64,000 bases of DNA, taken from contig JAIXRY010000006.1 of NCBI GenBank assembly GCA_027484965.1, positions 1,738 through 65,737 of the forward strand, read 5' to 3'. Both the position numbers and the translations under genes were made by a program. This DNA is from a bacterium. Lineage in GTDB: Bacteria; Patescibacteriota; Minisyncoccia; Phycocordibacterales; UBA9973. Below the pieces are notes generated by a model. It was not told the DNA's origin, ran no database searches, and saw only the letters and a list, made by a program, of their open reading frames with translations. This document shows positions 9,036-17,448 of the stretch, in pieces; the stretch's first letter is position 1; the number at the start of each line of letters is the position of its first letter.

Positions 9036-11498
9036 ATGTTACGTACTCTCAAGTACTTCTTGAGCCGAGCCTACACGATAGTATCTATCGTGCTTTTTGT
9101 ACTATCTTACGGAGCTCTCAAAGTATCAGCTATATACTATCCTACAGATAACATTACTAACCCTACCTGTGCACCAGGGGACTCTGGTTGTTATGTATCT
9201 CTTCTACCAGACCAAACATCTAAATCAGGTTCTTTACTCTTCTCTAATGGAAATAATCCTTCTTGGACATCTACTACCGGTTTGACTTGGGACAGCACAA
9301 TTAACAACCTAACACTTAATGGAACTAACGATTTAGCGGTCTTGGGTTCTGAAATGATTGGTGCAACAGCAAACAGAGATTTTTCTTCTGATACAGGGAG
9401 TTGGACAGGCTCAAACTGGACTATTGGTTCTGGTGTAATTACTCATACAGCAGGTGCTCCTGATGTGCTTACTCTATCAAACTTGGCACTAACTAGTAGT
9501 CCTGTTGCTGCTACTGTATATCAAATATCATTCACAACAAACACAACAAGCCCTGGAGTTCTTACTGTTTCTATGGGAGGTGTGAATGGTTCTCCTGTTG
9601 GTCACATTGTAGGTACTGTTACTCAAGGTCAAAACATAGAAGCAACTAATGCAACAGAACTTAAATTTACACCAGATTCTGCTTGGGCTGGTACTATTGA
9701 TAATATATCTGTAAAAGTCTTAACTCCGTCTAGTCCAGAACTGACAATTAAAAATCCAGGCCATGTTTTTGGTCTTCAGATTAGATCTGGAGGTTCTGGA
9801 TTAAGAAATGTACATATTGGATACTTGGCTGGATCGAGAGCGACGGGCGGTCTTAGTCGTGTCCTTGTTGGTCACACAGCAGGTACTAATACTCAAGGTG
9901 GTAATCTTGTTTTTATTGGGACAGGTGCTGGCAGTGGACATGTTTTTGGTTTTTCTAATGTTATGATAGGTACATCTGCTGGCGCTAGTAATGTTACAGG
10001 TAATCATGTTGTATTTCTTGGTACAAATGCTGGGAGGTTAGGCTCAAGCGTTATATACTCTACAATTATTGGTAGTAATGCAGGATACTCAAGTCAAGGA
10101 AATTCAAATGTTTTTATAGGTTCTTCTACTGGATATTCTTCTGGGTTAAGTACTGAAAGTGTCTATGTTGGTAATAATGCGGGGTATTCGGCTACTGGTT
10201 CATATAATACTATTTTAGGAACATTTGCTGGTTATAGCCATACAGGGAATTACAATGTAACTATTGGTCATTCAGCTGCAGCTTCGGGTGTAACATACTC
10301 AGGAGCAAACAATATTTCAATTGGTGCTTATGTTAGGCCAATTTTAGCGACAGGAAGCAGACAGTTGAATATTGGAAATGTATTGTACGGCCAAGGTCTA
10401 TATAATGGGACTTCAGTATCAGCTAGTGCTACAGCTGCAGGATCTATTGGTGTAGGTTCTGGAGATAAACTCTCTCGCTTCACAGTCACAGCTCCAGCAG
10501 ACACCACAAACATCGGTGGTACAACCACAGCGAGTTCTTCAACAACCATCACAGGAGTCGGAACAACTTTCACCACATCTCTCGGTATAGGTGATCGTAT
10601 CTCTCTTTCTTCTGCTTCATCTACTTACGCTACAGTTACAGCTATAGCATCAGACACATCTCTTACTGTAAATACTGCTTTAGGTAATGGGACATCTCAA
10701 ACAATTAATCTAAAGAAAAGTATTTTCCGTCTAGATGACGCTTCTAATGTGACTGACTTTATTGTGAATGATCTTGGTAATGTCGGTATCGCAAACTCAA
10801 CCCCCCTCTACACCCTCCACGTCGGCTCTTCATCAATCACCGGCATCGTCTCCCGTTTCCAAAACAGCACCGGAACATGTGACATCAACCCAACAACAAC
10901 ATCACTCTCATGTAGCTCAGACAGAACACTCAAAACAAACATCACAAACCTAAACAACACAACACTCAACCAAATCACTACACTCCAACCTGTAACATAC
11001 ACATGGATAAACGATAACACTAACCAACAACAAACAGGATTCATCGCACAAGACGTAGAACAAATCTTCCCATCTCTTGTATCTACTGATCCTACAACAA
11101 ACCTCAAGTCTTTAAACTACATAGGACTCATACCTTATGCTATAGAAGGTATCAAAGAACTAGACATCAAACTCAACCAACTCTCATCATTAGATACAAC
11201 ACTTCAAGGATCATTCGCTTTCCTTCTTAAAGAAGTACTAGGAAACGTAAGTAATGGAATCAATGAACTCTATGTTAAGGTTGTTAAGAGTGACAGGGTG
11301 GAGACGAAGGAGTTGTGTACTACTGATGGAATATGTTTGAGTGAGAATGATATTAAGAATCTATACCAAATATCTCAAGAAAGAAATCAATCAAATCCAC
11401 AAGTAGCACCACAAAATCCACCAGCACCAGAGACTCCTCCGGAAGAAGTTATTCCAGAAGAATTGCCTCCTCAAGAAAATGTAGAAGTTGTTCAATAA
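9036..11498 (+). CDS. cell-surface phage-tail-fibre-like protein with Gly-rich beta-helix repeats and a C-terminal intramolecular chaperone (peptidase S74-like) domain
   Basis: N-terminal signal/TM anchor. Repeated N(V/I)xIGxxAG units (NVHIGYLAGS, NLVFIGTGAGS, NVMIGTSAGAS, NVFIGSSTGYS...). C-terminal SDRTLKTNI...VTYTWIND...GFIAQDVEQIFPSLV...IGLIPYAIEGIKEL matches the tail-fibre and endosialidase chaperone motif. Pro-rich C-terminal tail. Confidence 0.7.
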   Translation: MLRTLKYFLSRAYTIVSIVLFVLSYGALKVSAIYYPTDNITNPTCAPGDSGCYVSLLPDQTSKSGSLLFSNGNNPSWTSTTGLTWDSTINNLTLNGTNDLAVLGSEMIGATANRDFSSDTGSWTGSNWTIGSGVITHTAGAPDVLTLSNLALTSSPVAATVYQISFTTNTTSPGVLTVSMGGVNGSPVGHIVGTVTQGQNIEATNATELKFTPDSAWAGTIDNISVKVLTPSSPELTIKNPGHVFGLQIRSGGSGLRNVHIGYLAGSRATGGLSRVLVGHTAGTNTQGGNLVFIGTGAGSGHVFGFSNVMIGTSAGASNVTGNHVVFLGTNAGRLGSSVIYSTIIGSNAGYSSQGNSNVFIGSSTGYSSGLSTESVYVGNNAGYSATGSYNTILGTFAGYSHTGNYNVTIGHSAAASGVTYSGANNISIGAYVRPILATGSRQLNIGNVLYGQGLYNGTSVSASATAAGSIGVGSGDKLSRFTVTAPADTTNIGGTTTASSSTTITGVGTTFTTSLGIGDRISLSSASSTYATVTAIASDTSLTVNTALGNGTSQTINLKKSIFRLDDASNVTDFIVNDLGNVGIANSTPLYTLHVGSSSITGIVSRFQNSTGTCDINPTTTSLSCSSDRTLKTNITNLNNTTLNQITTLQPVTYTWINDNTNQQQTGFIAQDVEQIFPSLVSTDPTTNLKSLNYIGLIPYAIEGIKELDIKLNQLSSLDTTLQGSFAFLLKEVLGNVSNGINELYVKVVKSDRVETKELCTTDGICLSENDIKNLYQISQERNQSNPQVAPQNPPAPETPPEEVIPEELPPQENVEVVQ

Positions 11499-11500
11499 TA

Positions 11501-11530
11501 AAAAGCCCTCAATTGAGGGCTTTTTATTTG
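11501..11530 (+). terminator. intrinsic terminator GCCCTCAATTGAGGGC + T-run
   Basis: Hairpin plus TTTTTATTTGG directly after the stop codon. Confidence 0.75.
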
Positions 11531-11606
11531 GTAATGAAAAAAATAAAAAGATATGTTATAGTAATTTATACCTAAATCATTATTAATGATCGGTTAAATA
11601 TTTTAT

Positions 11607-11678
11607 GGCCCTATCGTCTATCGGTTAGGACACATCCTTCTCAAGGATGGAAGCAGGGTTCGATTCCCTGTAGGGTCA
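11607..11678 (+). tRNA. tRNA-Glu (anticodon CUC)
   Basis: Cloverleaf: acceptor GGCCCTA/TAGGGTC, D-arm GTCT..GGAC, anticodon stem CATCC/GGATG with loop TTCTCAA, T-arm CAGGG-TTCGATT-CCCTG, discriminator A. No encoded CCA. Confidence 0.8.
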
Positions 11679-11747
11679 CAAGTTAAAGCAATAAAAAAAT
11701 CCGCCACCAGAATAACTGAAAGCGGATAGTAGATTGATTTTGTAATT

Positions 11748-12095
11748 CTAAAACTCTTTTTGTAAAACTAAACAAAGGTAATTTGAAACTACTGAGGTAG
11801 CAATCATAATATTTTTAAATTTTTCAATCTGATGAGTTGGTAACTGTGAGCAAATAAGCGCACTCATTTGACCAAGAGCATAAGAATGTTGATTGACTTG
11901 CTCTGACTTCATTAAATAAACCCATTGTCTGGTTATTCCATTAGAACTAATAGAGAGTGTCTGATCAATAGTTTCAAGTTGTGTTATTAATTTCTGTTTA
12001 AGATCAGAAGAAATATCTGGATCTTCTTTTAGAGATCTAAGATATAAAATGCTCTCTTCAGAAGCATTTTTCATTAATTCAAAGACTTTTTTCAT
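11748..12095 (-). CDS. hypothetical protein
   Basis: 115-aa ORF with a minus-strand intrinsic terminator downstream (hairpin ATCCGC...GCGGAT, T-run on the minus strand). Confidence 0.4.
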   Translation of the reverse strand: MKKVFELMKNASEESILYLRSLKEDPDISSDLKQKLITQLETIDQTLSISSNGITRQWVYLMKSEQVNQHSYALGQMSALICSQLPTHQIEKFKNIMIATSVVSNYLCLVLQKEF

Positions 12096-12310
12096 ATGGT
12101 TTCAATTAAAAATGATTTATTATATAATAAAATAATTTTATATATTTGTCAATATTATATATACTGCCAGAAAGATATATTTTAATAAACAGCATATAAT
12201 GTCTTATATGTTTCTAAAAGAAGATTAGGTGAGCCCTAAAATAGAAATAATAAATACTAAAATTATATAACTAGAAAAAATACAAAAAGACCTCATTTGA
12301 GGTCTTTTTA

Positions 12311-13360
12311 TTATTCATCATCACTATCTATTTTATCCAAAAGGATTGTTTCGAGTTCTGGAGACGCGCCTGTTATGCGGGTCACATCCTTGTCTATCTT
12401 CTTGAGTTCTTTTCCTGAACTATTGTAATGATTTATCACTGTACCAAGACTTCCACCTAATTTTTTGTGATATTCTTCATACACTTTTAGATGTTTTCCG
12501 AGTTCTTCGACGCGCTTCACGATATCTTTTGCGCTTTCTTCTATCTGCATCGCTTTCAGACCTTGGAGGACTGTTTGGAGATATGCGAGGAATGAAGTAG
12601 GAGATACGATGATCACTTTGTATTTACCAGCGGCGCGTTGAATCAGATTTTCTGTGTCTTCTGTGACTGCGCCGATTTTGTTTACGAGTAAGTCGTAATA
12701 TATTGCTTCATGAGGAATGAACATAAATGCGAAGTCCATTGTGTTGTCGTTTGGCTTTATATATTTTGAAGTTTCTACAATTCTATTTTTCAAATCGTTT
12801 AAGAATATTTTTTCGAAACGTTCTTTTTCGGCAGGGTCATTTGTCTCTGTAATACGATTATAATTCTCGAGAGAGAATTTTGAATCGATAGGGATAATCT
12901 TGTCTTTGACGAAAACTACAGCATCAACAATGTTTCCATCTGGAAAAGTGTATTGCATTTGATAGCTTCCAGTAGGGAGGACATTTTTTAAAAGAGTTTC
13001 GAGATAATATTCACCCAAGATTCCGCGTTGCTTTGGATTTTTCAAGATGTCTTGGAGGTTTTTGAGTTGGTCTGCGAATGAGACTACTTGTTTGTTGGTC
13101 TCGTCGAGACGGGTGAGCTTCTCTGTAATATCACGAATGAGCTTCTGAGATTCTGTGGCTTGGGTTATATTGCTTTTGTTATTCTCACCAATTTTCTCGT
13201 CTACGACACGAGAGAGTTCTTGCATTTGAGAAAGGAGGAGTTGAAGACCTGTATTGTCCTCCTTAACTTCTGGTTTTTTGGAGATTTTTGAGAGAGTTAT
13301 ACTTACAAAAACTATAAGTATAATAACGAGAATTGAGAGAATTATAAGGATTGTTGTCAT
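12311..13360 (-). CDS. rmuC: DNA recombination protein RmuC
   Basis: N-terminal TM helix, a coiled-coil, then RmuC-domain motifs (QRGILGEYYLETLL, IDSKFS, FMFIPHE, IVSPTSFLAYL). Confidence 0.75.
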   Translation of the reverse strand: MTTILIILSILVIILIVFVSITLSKISKKPEVKEDNTGLQLLLSQMQELSRVVDEKIGENNKSNITQATESQKLIRDITEKLTRLDETNKQVVSFADQLKNLQDILKNPKQRGILGEYYLETLLKNVLPTGSYQMQYTFPDGNIVDAVVFVKDKIIPIDSKFSLENYNRITETNDPAEKERFEKIFLNDLKNRIVETSKYIKPNDNTMDFAFMFIPHEAIYYDLLVNKIGAVTEDTENLIQRAAGKYKVIIVSPTSFLAYLQTVLQGLKAMQIEESAKDIVKRVEELGKHLKVYEEYHKKLGGSLGTVINHYNSSGKELKKIDKDVTRITGASPELETILLDKIDSDDE

Positions 13361-13442
13361 GAGATAATTTTATCATAGTTAGTAAATAAAACGAATGTAT
13401 ATAAGGTTTATTTGGAAAATATGAATACAAGATACAAAATAC

Positions 13443-13471
13443 TTGCTTTTTTGTTTTATATATGCTATAAT
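13443..13471 (+). promoter_or_regulatory. consensus-like sigma70 promoter (TTGCTT - 17 bp - TATAAT)
   Basis: -35 at 13443-13448, exact 17-bp spacer, and -10 TATAAT at 13466-13471. It faces a ~770-bp region with no convincing ORF that ends at the terminator at 14215-14250. Confidence 0.5.
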
Positions 13472-13753
13472 ATTTTTAGTTAAGTTCTTTGAGTATTCAC
13501 CTGAATCGCGAACAGGTGATAGTGAAAGCTCAGTTTTTATTTTATATAGAAATTCTGATTAGTGTTGATACTTTATCAGCGGGGTTGTGAAAAATCAGTT
13601 ATCAGAATAATTTCTTTTGGGGTTTGATATATTTCAAATTTATTCTAAAACTCCAAGTAATAAGTAAAGAGCGGATTTTTTATTTAATGAATATCTGCTG
13701 GTATTTTTACCACTTGTGAAAGCATGCAAAAAACTGTCTTAAAGAATTTACTG

Positions 13754-13773
13754 CCACGAACTTATGTTCGTGG
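13754..13773. promoter_or_regulatory. putative LexA/SOS box: 20-bp palindrome CCACGAAC-TTAT-GTTCGTGG (GAAC-N4-GTTC class)
   Basis: Perfect 8-bp arms around a 4-bp spacer, of the same GAAC-N4-GTTC type as the box in the lexA promoter at 52637-52652. Only these two instances occur in the whole window. The ATG of the 71-aa ORF at 13764 lies inside it. Confidence 0.5.
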
Positions 13774-13994
13774 CTTCTTTGTTTTTATTTGCAAAATTAA
13801 TTTTAAATGGTACTCTTTGGTTAGATTACTACTTACAATCGTCCGAACATAAAGGAAACCAAATTCTCTTGAATTGGTTTCGGAAAAAACATCACGGAAA
13901 AGATATGAGTAATAGATTATGTATACCCATAAAAAATGTTTATCATTTTTTCATAGGGTTGTTCTTAATAAAATTTTAAAATACTTGAATTGCA

Positions 13995-14198
13995 GAACTG
14001 AAACATCTAAGTACGCAAATTAAATTCAAGTAAATTCTATGAGTAGTTGCGAGCGAAAGTAGAATAGCCCAAACCATAAAAAATTTTACGATGCGAAACT
14101 ATTTTATGGGGTTGTAGGACTCCCTTGGGAGTATCCTGAGTAATACGAAGTCGGAGATGCTTTGTGTGAATCTGCCGGCACCATCCGGTAAGGCTAAT
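13995..14198 (+). rRNA. orphan fragment of 23S rRNA domain I (E. coli positions ~190-445), probably a pseudogene or derived ncRNA
   Basis: Contains the universal 23S motifs GAACTGAAACATCTAAGTA, AGTAGTTGCGAGCGAAAGTAG (compare AGTAGCGGCGAGCGAA), AGCCCAAACC, GGGGTTGTAGGAC, ATCCTGAGTA and CACCATCCGGTAAGGCTAA. Homology stops abruptly and is followed by a terminator. A weak, degenerate rRNA-like extension may run upstream to ~13930 (CATAGGGT...). Confidence 0.65.
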
Positions 14199-14214
14199 TT
14201 TGAAATTTTTTAAA

Positions 14215-14250
14215 CCGAGTCCTCTAATATACTGTGAGGCTCGGTTTTTT
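14215..14250 (+). terminator. intrinsic terminator (CCGAGTCCTC...GAGGCTCGG + T6)
   Basis: Long imperfect hairpin followed by TTTTTT, 17 nt after the end of the 23S-like fragment and 48 nt before the uvrB start. Confidence 0.7.
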
Positions 14251-14297
14251 ATTTGGCTTTTTTTATTTCTCAAAATAGCGTATTCTTATATGTATAA

Positions 14298-16388
14298 ATG
14301 GCTAAAGAATCAATATTTAAATTAAAGAGTAATTACAAGCCAGATGGTGACCAGCCGGTCGCTATTTCAGAGCTTGTAAAAGGGATAGAAAAGGGTTTAC
14401 AAAAACAAACACTTCTTGGTGCTACTGGTACAGGTAAGACATTTACTGTGGCGAATGTTATACAAGAAATAAATAAACCTGCACTCATTATTGCTCACAA
14501 CAAAACTCTCGCAGCTCAGCTTGCTCAAGAATTTCGTGAATTTTTCCCTGATGCTGCTGTACACTATTTCGTATCATACTATGACTATTATCAGCCAGAG
14601 GCATATATGCCAGCGTCTGATACATATATTGAAAAAGATGCACAAATCAACAAAGAGATTGACCGTCTTCGTCATGCGACAACTCAAGCACTCCTTACAC
14701 GTAAAGATGTGATTATTGTTGCTTCTGTATCGTGTATATACGGTCTCGGTAGTCCAAAGGAGTACGAAAGTGTAAATCTAAAAATTGAAAAAGGAATGAA
14801 GATAGAGAGAAATGAATTGATGAAAAGATTGATTGAAATTCATTTCACTCGCACACAAGCAGATCTTTCGCCTGCACAATTTCGTGTGATTGGTAATAGA
14901 GTAGAGCTTATGCCTGTGTCTGAGACTATTATGTATCAGATAAATCTAAAAGGTGATAAAGTTGATTCTATTATAGCTATTGATGCTGTATCTTCTACAA
15001 TCATAAAAGATTGCGAACATCTTTTTGTTTTCCCTGCGAAGCACTTCATTACAGCTGATGATAAAAAAGAAAAAGCAATAAAAGATATCAAAAAAGAATT
15101 GGATGCCCAATTGAAATTTTTTGAAAAAGAAGGGAAGCTTCTTGAAGCTGAAAGAATAAAAAGAAGAACAAATTATGATCTCGCCATGATACGTGAAGTC
15201 GGATATTGTAATGGTATCGAGAACTATTCTCGTGTCTTATCTGGCAAAAAAGAAGGTGAACCACCAGAAACTCTTTTGTCATATTTTCCTCACGACAAAA
15301 AAGGTAATCCAGAATTTATAACATTTATAGATGAATCACACGTAACAATTCCACAACTCCAAGGAATGTATGCAGGAGACGCTTCTCGTAAGAAGACTCT
15401 TGTTGATTTTGGATTTCGTCTTCCGTCAGCAAAAGATAACAGACCTCTAAAATATCCAGAATTCGCAGATAGAATAGGGCAGGTAATATATGTGTCAGCA
15501 ACTCCAAGTGCTTATGAAAAAGAAGAGAGTTCTAAAATTGTAGAGCAAATTATTCGTCCGACAGGTCTTATTGATCCAGAAATACTTATTAAGCCAGTTA
15601 CTCCAAGTAGTGAATATATAGGACAAGTGCAAGATTTTATTCTTGAAACAGAGAAGACTATAAAGAAAGGTTTTCGTGTGCTTGCGACTACTCTCACAAA
15701 GAAAATGGCTGAAGACTTGTCTGTATACCTAAAAGACAGAGGAATAAAAGCAGAGTATCTTCATAGTGAAATCAAGACTATTGAACGTATTCAAATTCTT
15801 ACACAATTTCGTAAGGGAGACTTCGATGTGCTTGTAGGTGTGAACCTCCTTCGTGAGGGCTTGGACTTACCAGAGGTTGCTTTGATTGGAATTCTCGATG
15901 CTGACAAAGAAGGCTTCCTTCGTTCTGAAACATCTCTCATTCAGACAATTGGACGTGCTGCTCGTAATTCTGAAGGGCGAGTAATTCTCTATGCAGATAA
16001 GATGACAGGCTCACTTGAACGTGCAATAGGTGAGACAACACGTCGTCGCAATATTCAGCTTGCGTATAATAAAAAGCATGGAATTACACCAAAGACCATT
16101 CTGAAAAAAATTAATGATATTACAGAAGCTTTTGAATCTACTCACGGCAAAGCAGTGAACGCTGAACTTGCTCTTGATATAGAATTATTTAAAAATACTC
16201 TTTCAAAAGAAGGAAAGAAAGGTAATCTTGCAAAACTTTCTGATGAAGAACGTGAAGGTTTAGTATATGACAAGATTATAAAAATAAAGGAGAAGGCTAT
16301 GAAAGACGCGGTGAAAGCTCTAGATTTCGAGACTGCTGCAATATTGCGTGACGAGATAGGAGTACTTCTTGATAGAAAGTCAAAATAA
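14298..16388 (+). CDS. uvrB: excinuclease ABC subunit B
   Basis: Helicase motifs (GATGTGKTFT, DESH), the beta-hairpin region and a C-terminal UvrB/UvrC interaction domain (FETAAILRDEI); 696 aa. Confidence 0.9.
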   Translation: MAKESIFKLKSNYKPDGDQPVAISELVKGIEKGLQKQTLLGATGTGKTFTVANVIQEINKPALIIAHNKTLAAQLAQEFREFFPDAAVHYFVSYYDYYQPEAYMPASDTYIEKDAQINKEIDRLRHATTQALLTRKDVIIVASVSCIYGLGSPKEYESVNLKIEKGMKIERNELMKRLIEIHFTRTQADLSPAQFRVIGNRVELMPVSETIMYQINLKGDKVDSIIAIDAVSSTIIKDCEHLFVFPAKHFITADDKKEKAIKDIKKELDAQLKFFEKEGKLLEAERIKRRTNYDLAMIREVGYCNGIENYSRVLSGKKEGEPPETLLSYFPHDKKGNPEFITFIDESHVTIPQLQGMYAGDASRKKTLVDFGFRLPSAKDNRPLKYPEFADRIGQVIYVSATPSAYEKEESSKIVEQIIRPTGLIDPEILIKPVTPSSEYIGQVQDFILETEKTIKKGFRVLATTLTKKMAEDLSVYLKDRGIKAEYLHSEIKTIERIQILTQFRKGDFDVLVGVNLLREGLDLPEVALIGILDADKEGFLRSETSLIQTIGRAARNSEGRVILYADKMTGSLERAIGETTRRRNIQLAYNKKHGITPKTILKKINDITEAFESTHGKAVNAELALDIELFKNTLSKEGKKGNLAKLSDEEREGLVYDKIIKIKEKAMKDAVKALDFETAAILRDEIGVLLDRKSK

Positions 16389-16390
16389 AA

Positions 16391-16415
16391 AGCAAGAATT
16401 AAATTAATTCTTGCT
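16391..16415. terminator. bidirectional terminator hairpin AGCAAGAATTAAATTAATTCTTGCT
   Basis: Perfect 10-bp stem flanked by an A-run and a T-run. It serves the convergent uvrB (+) and receiver-domain gene (-). A near-copy lies at 16851-16873. Confidence 0.7.
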
Positions 16416-16806
16416 CAAAAATTTTTACTAGTTCATGTGCTAACTTTTCAAGTGCATGCTCTCTTAAATCCTCTCTATCCAAAATACATTTTCTGTTCCA
16501 ATGAAATTTGCAGTAATTTTGATCTTCTACACTAGTACCTAACACTAAAATTTTTTCTTTCTTTTTTAATTCTCTAAAAATATCACTTCCATCAAAATTA
16601 TTTTCTAAGTTATGGTCAAGCAGAACAATATCAGGATTGATTTGCTTTACTTTCTCTAGAATTTCTTCCTGAGTGGTTGATTTAAAAACTGTTATTATTT
16701 CAACTGTATTAAGTCCAACTTCTTCAACTAAGAATTTTTTAATTTCTAAACTCAAGTGCTCTTTGTCATCTATAATGACAAACACTTTTTCTTTTTGTGT
16801 ATTCAT
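16399..16806 (-). CDS. stand-alone response-regulator receiver (CheY-like) domain protein
   Basis: 135 aa with VFVIIDDKEH...DIVLLDHNL...ILVLGTS pattern, matching the acidic pocket and beta-alpha topology of REC domains. No output domain. Confidence 0.55.
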   Translation of the reverse strand: MNTQKEKVFVIIDDKEHLSLEIKKFLVEEVGLNTVEIITVFKSTTQEEILEKVKQINPDIVLLDHNLENNFDGSDIFRELKKKEKILVLGTSVEDQNYCKFHWNRKCILDREDLREHALEKLAHELVKIFEQELI

Positions 16807-16850
16807 TTTGTTATTTTTTTTGATAATATAATAAATAAAATTAAATATGT

Positions 16851-16873
16851 CAAATAAAAAGCAAGAATTATAT
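16851..16873. terminator. terminator hairpin GCAAGAATTATATTAATTCTTGC (paralog of 16391-16415)
   Basis: Same stem as the hairpin 460 bp upstream, with a 1-nt loop difference. It sits just downstream of the minus-strand gene 16885-17361. Confidence 0.65.
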
Positions 16874-16884
16874 TAATTCTTGCT

Positions 16885-17361
16885 TTAAGATTTGGACAAC
16901 TCTTCTTTTTCTATTTTTCTAACTCCTACAACACCTCTATCTTGGGTATGTTTTTTTACGAGATCTCCATCCTTTATGTCTGTAGAAAAACATTGTCCTC
17001 TATAAAGACTTAGCTCATCGTAGTCTATAGGACTTGTATCCTGATCACTGCTAGGATTTGGATTTGTAGTAATATCTGTAGGGATTTCTAAATGTATATG
17101 TTCAGAGAGGAATAAAATGTTATTTTTGTTGTCTTGTCCTCTGTAAACATAAACTCTCCCTTCCTCTAACTGGTCAGGCTTGTAATGTCCAAGTCTGTAC
17201 GAAGAGAATATTCCAGTACAAAATGCAATAAAGATTAAAAATAATAAAATAAAATTTATTTCTAAATTAATATTCTTTACCAATAATATTATTAGAGAGA
17301 TAATAAATAAGCAAATGCTTATAAATAGCAGTACTGCACTGCCTAAAGAATGTGGCTTCAT
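16885..17361 (-). CDS. hypothetical membrane protein
   Basis: Two N-terminal TM helices; no recognisable family. Confidence 0.4.
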   Translation of the reverse strand: MKPHSLGSAVLLFISICLFIISLIILLVKNINLEINFILLFLIFIAFCTGIFSSYRLGHYKPDQLEEGRVYVYRGQDNKNNILFLSEHIHLEIPTDITTNPNPSSDQDTSPIDYDELSLYRGQCFSTDIKDGDLVKKHTQDRGVVGVRKIEKEELSKS

Positions 17362-17448
17362 GATTTTTAGTTTTTTAATTTTCTACACTATAAATCTTTG
17401 AGCTTTGTTTGTCAAATACTATTGATATGGTATTATTGATACATATTT

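Noticed and set aside
9036-11498. Prophage remnant suggested by the tail-fibre/S74-like gene next to tRNA-Glu
   Set aside because: No integrase, terminase, capsid, portal or attachment-site repeats appear in the flanking 10 kb. Neighbours are murJ and rmuC. Such tail-fibre-like surface proteins also occur as cellular genes.
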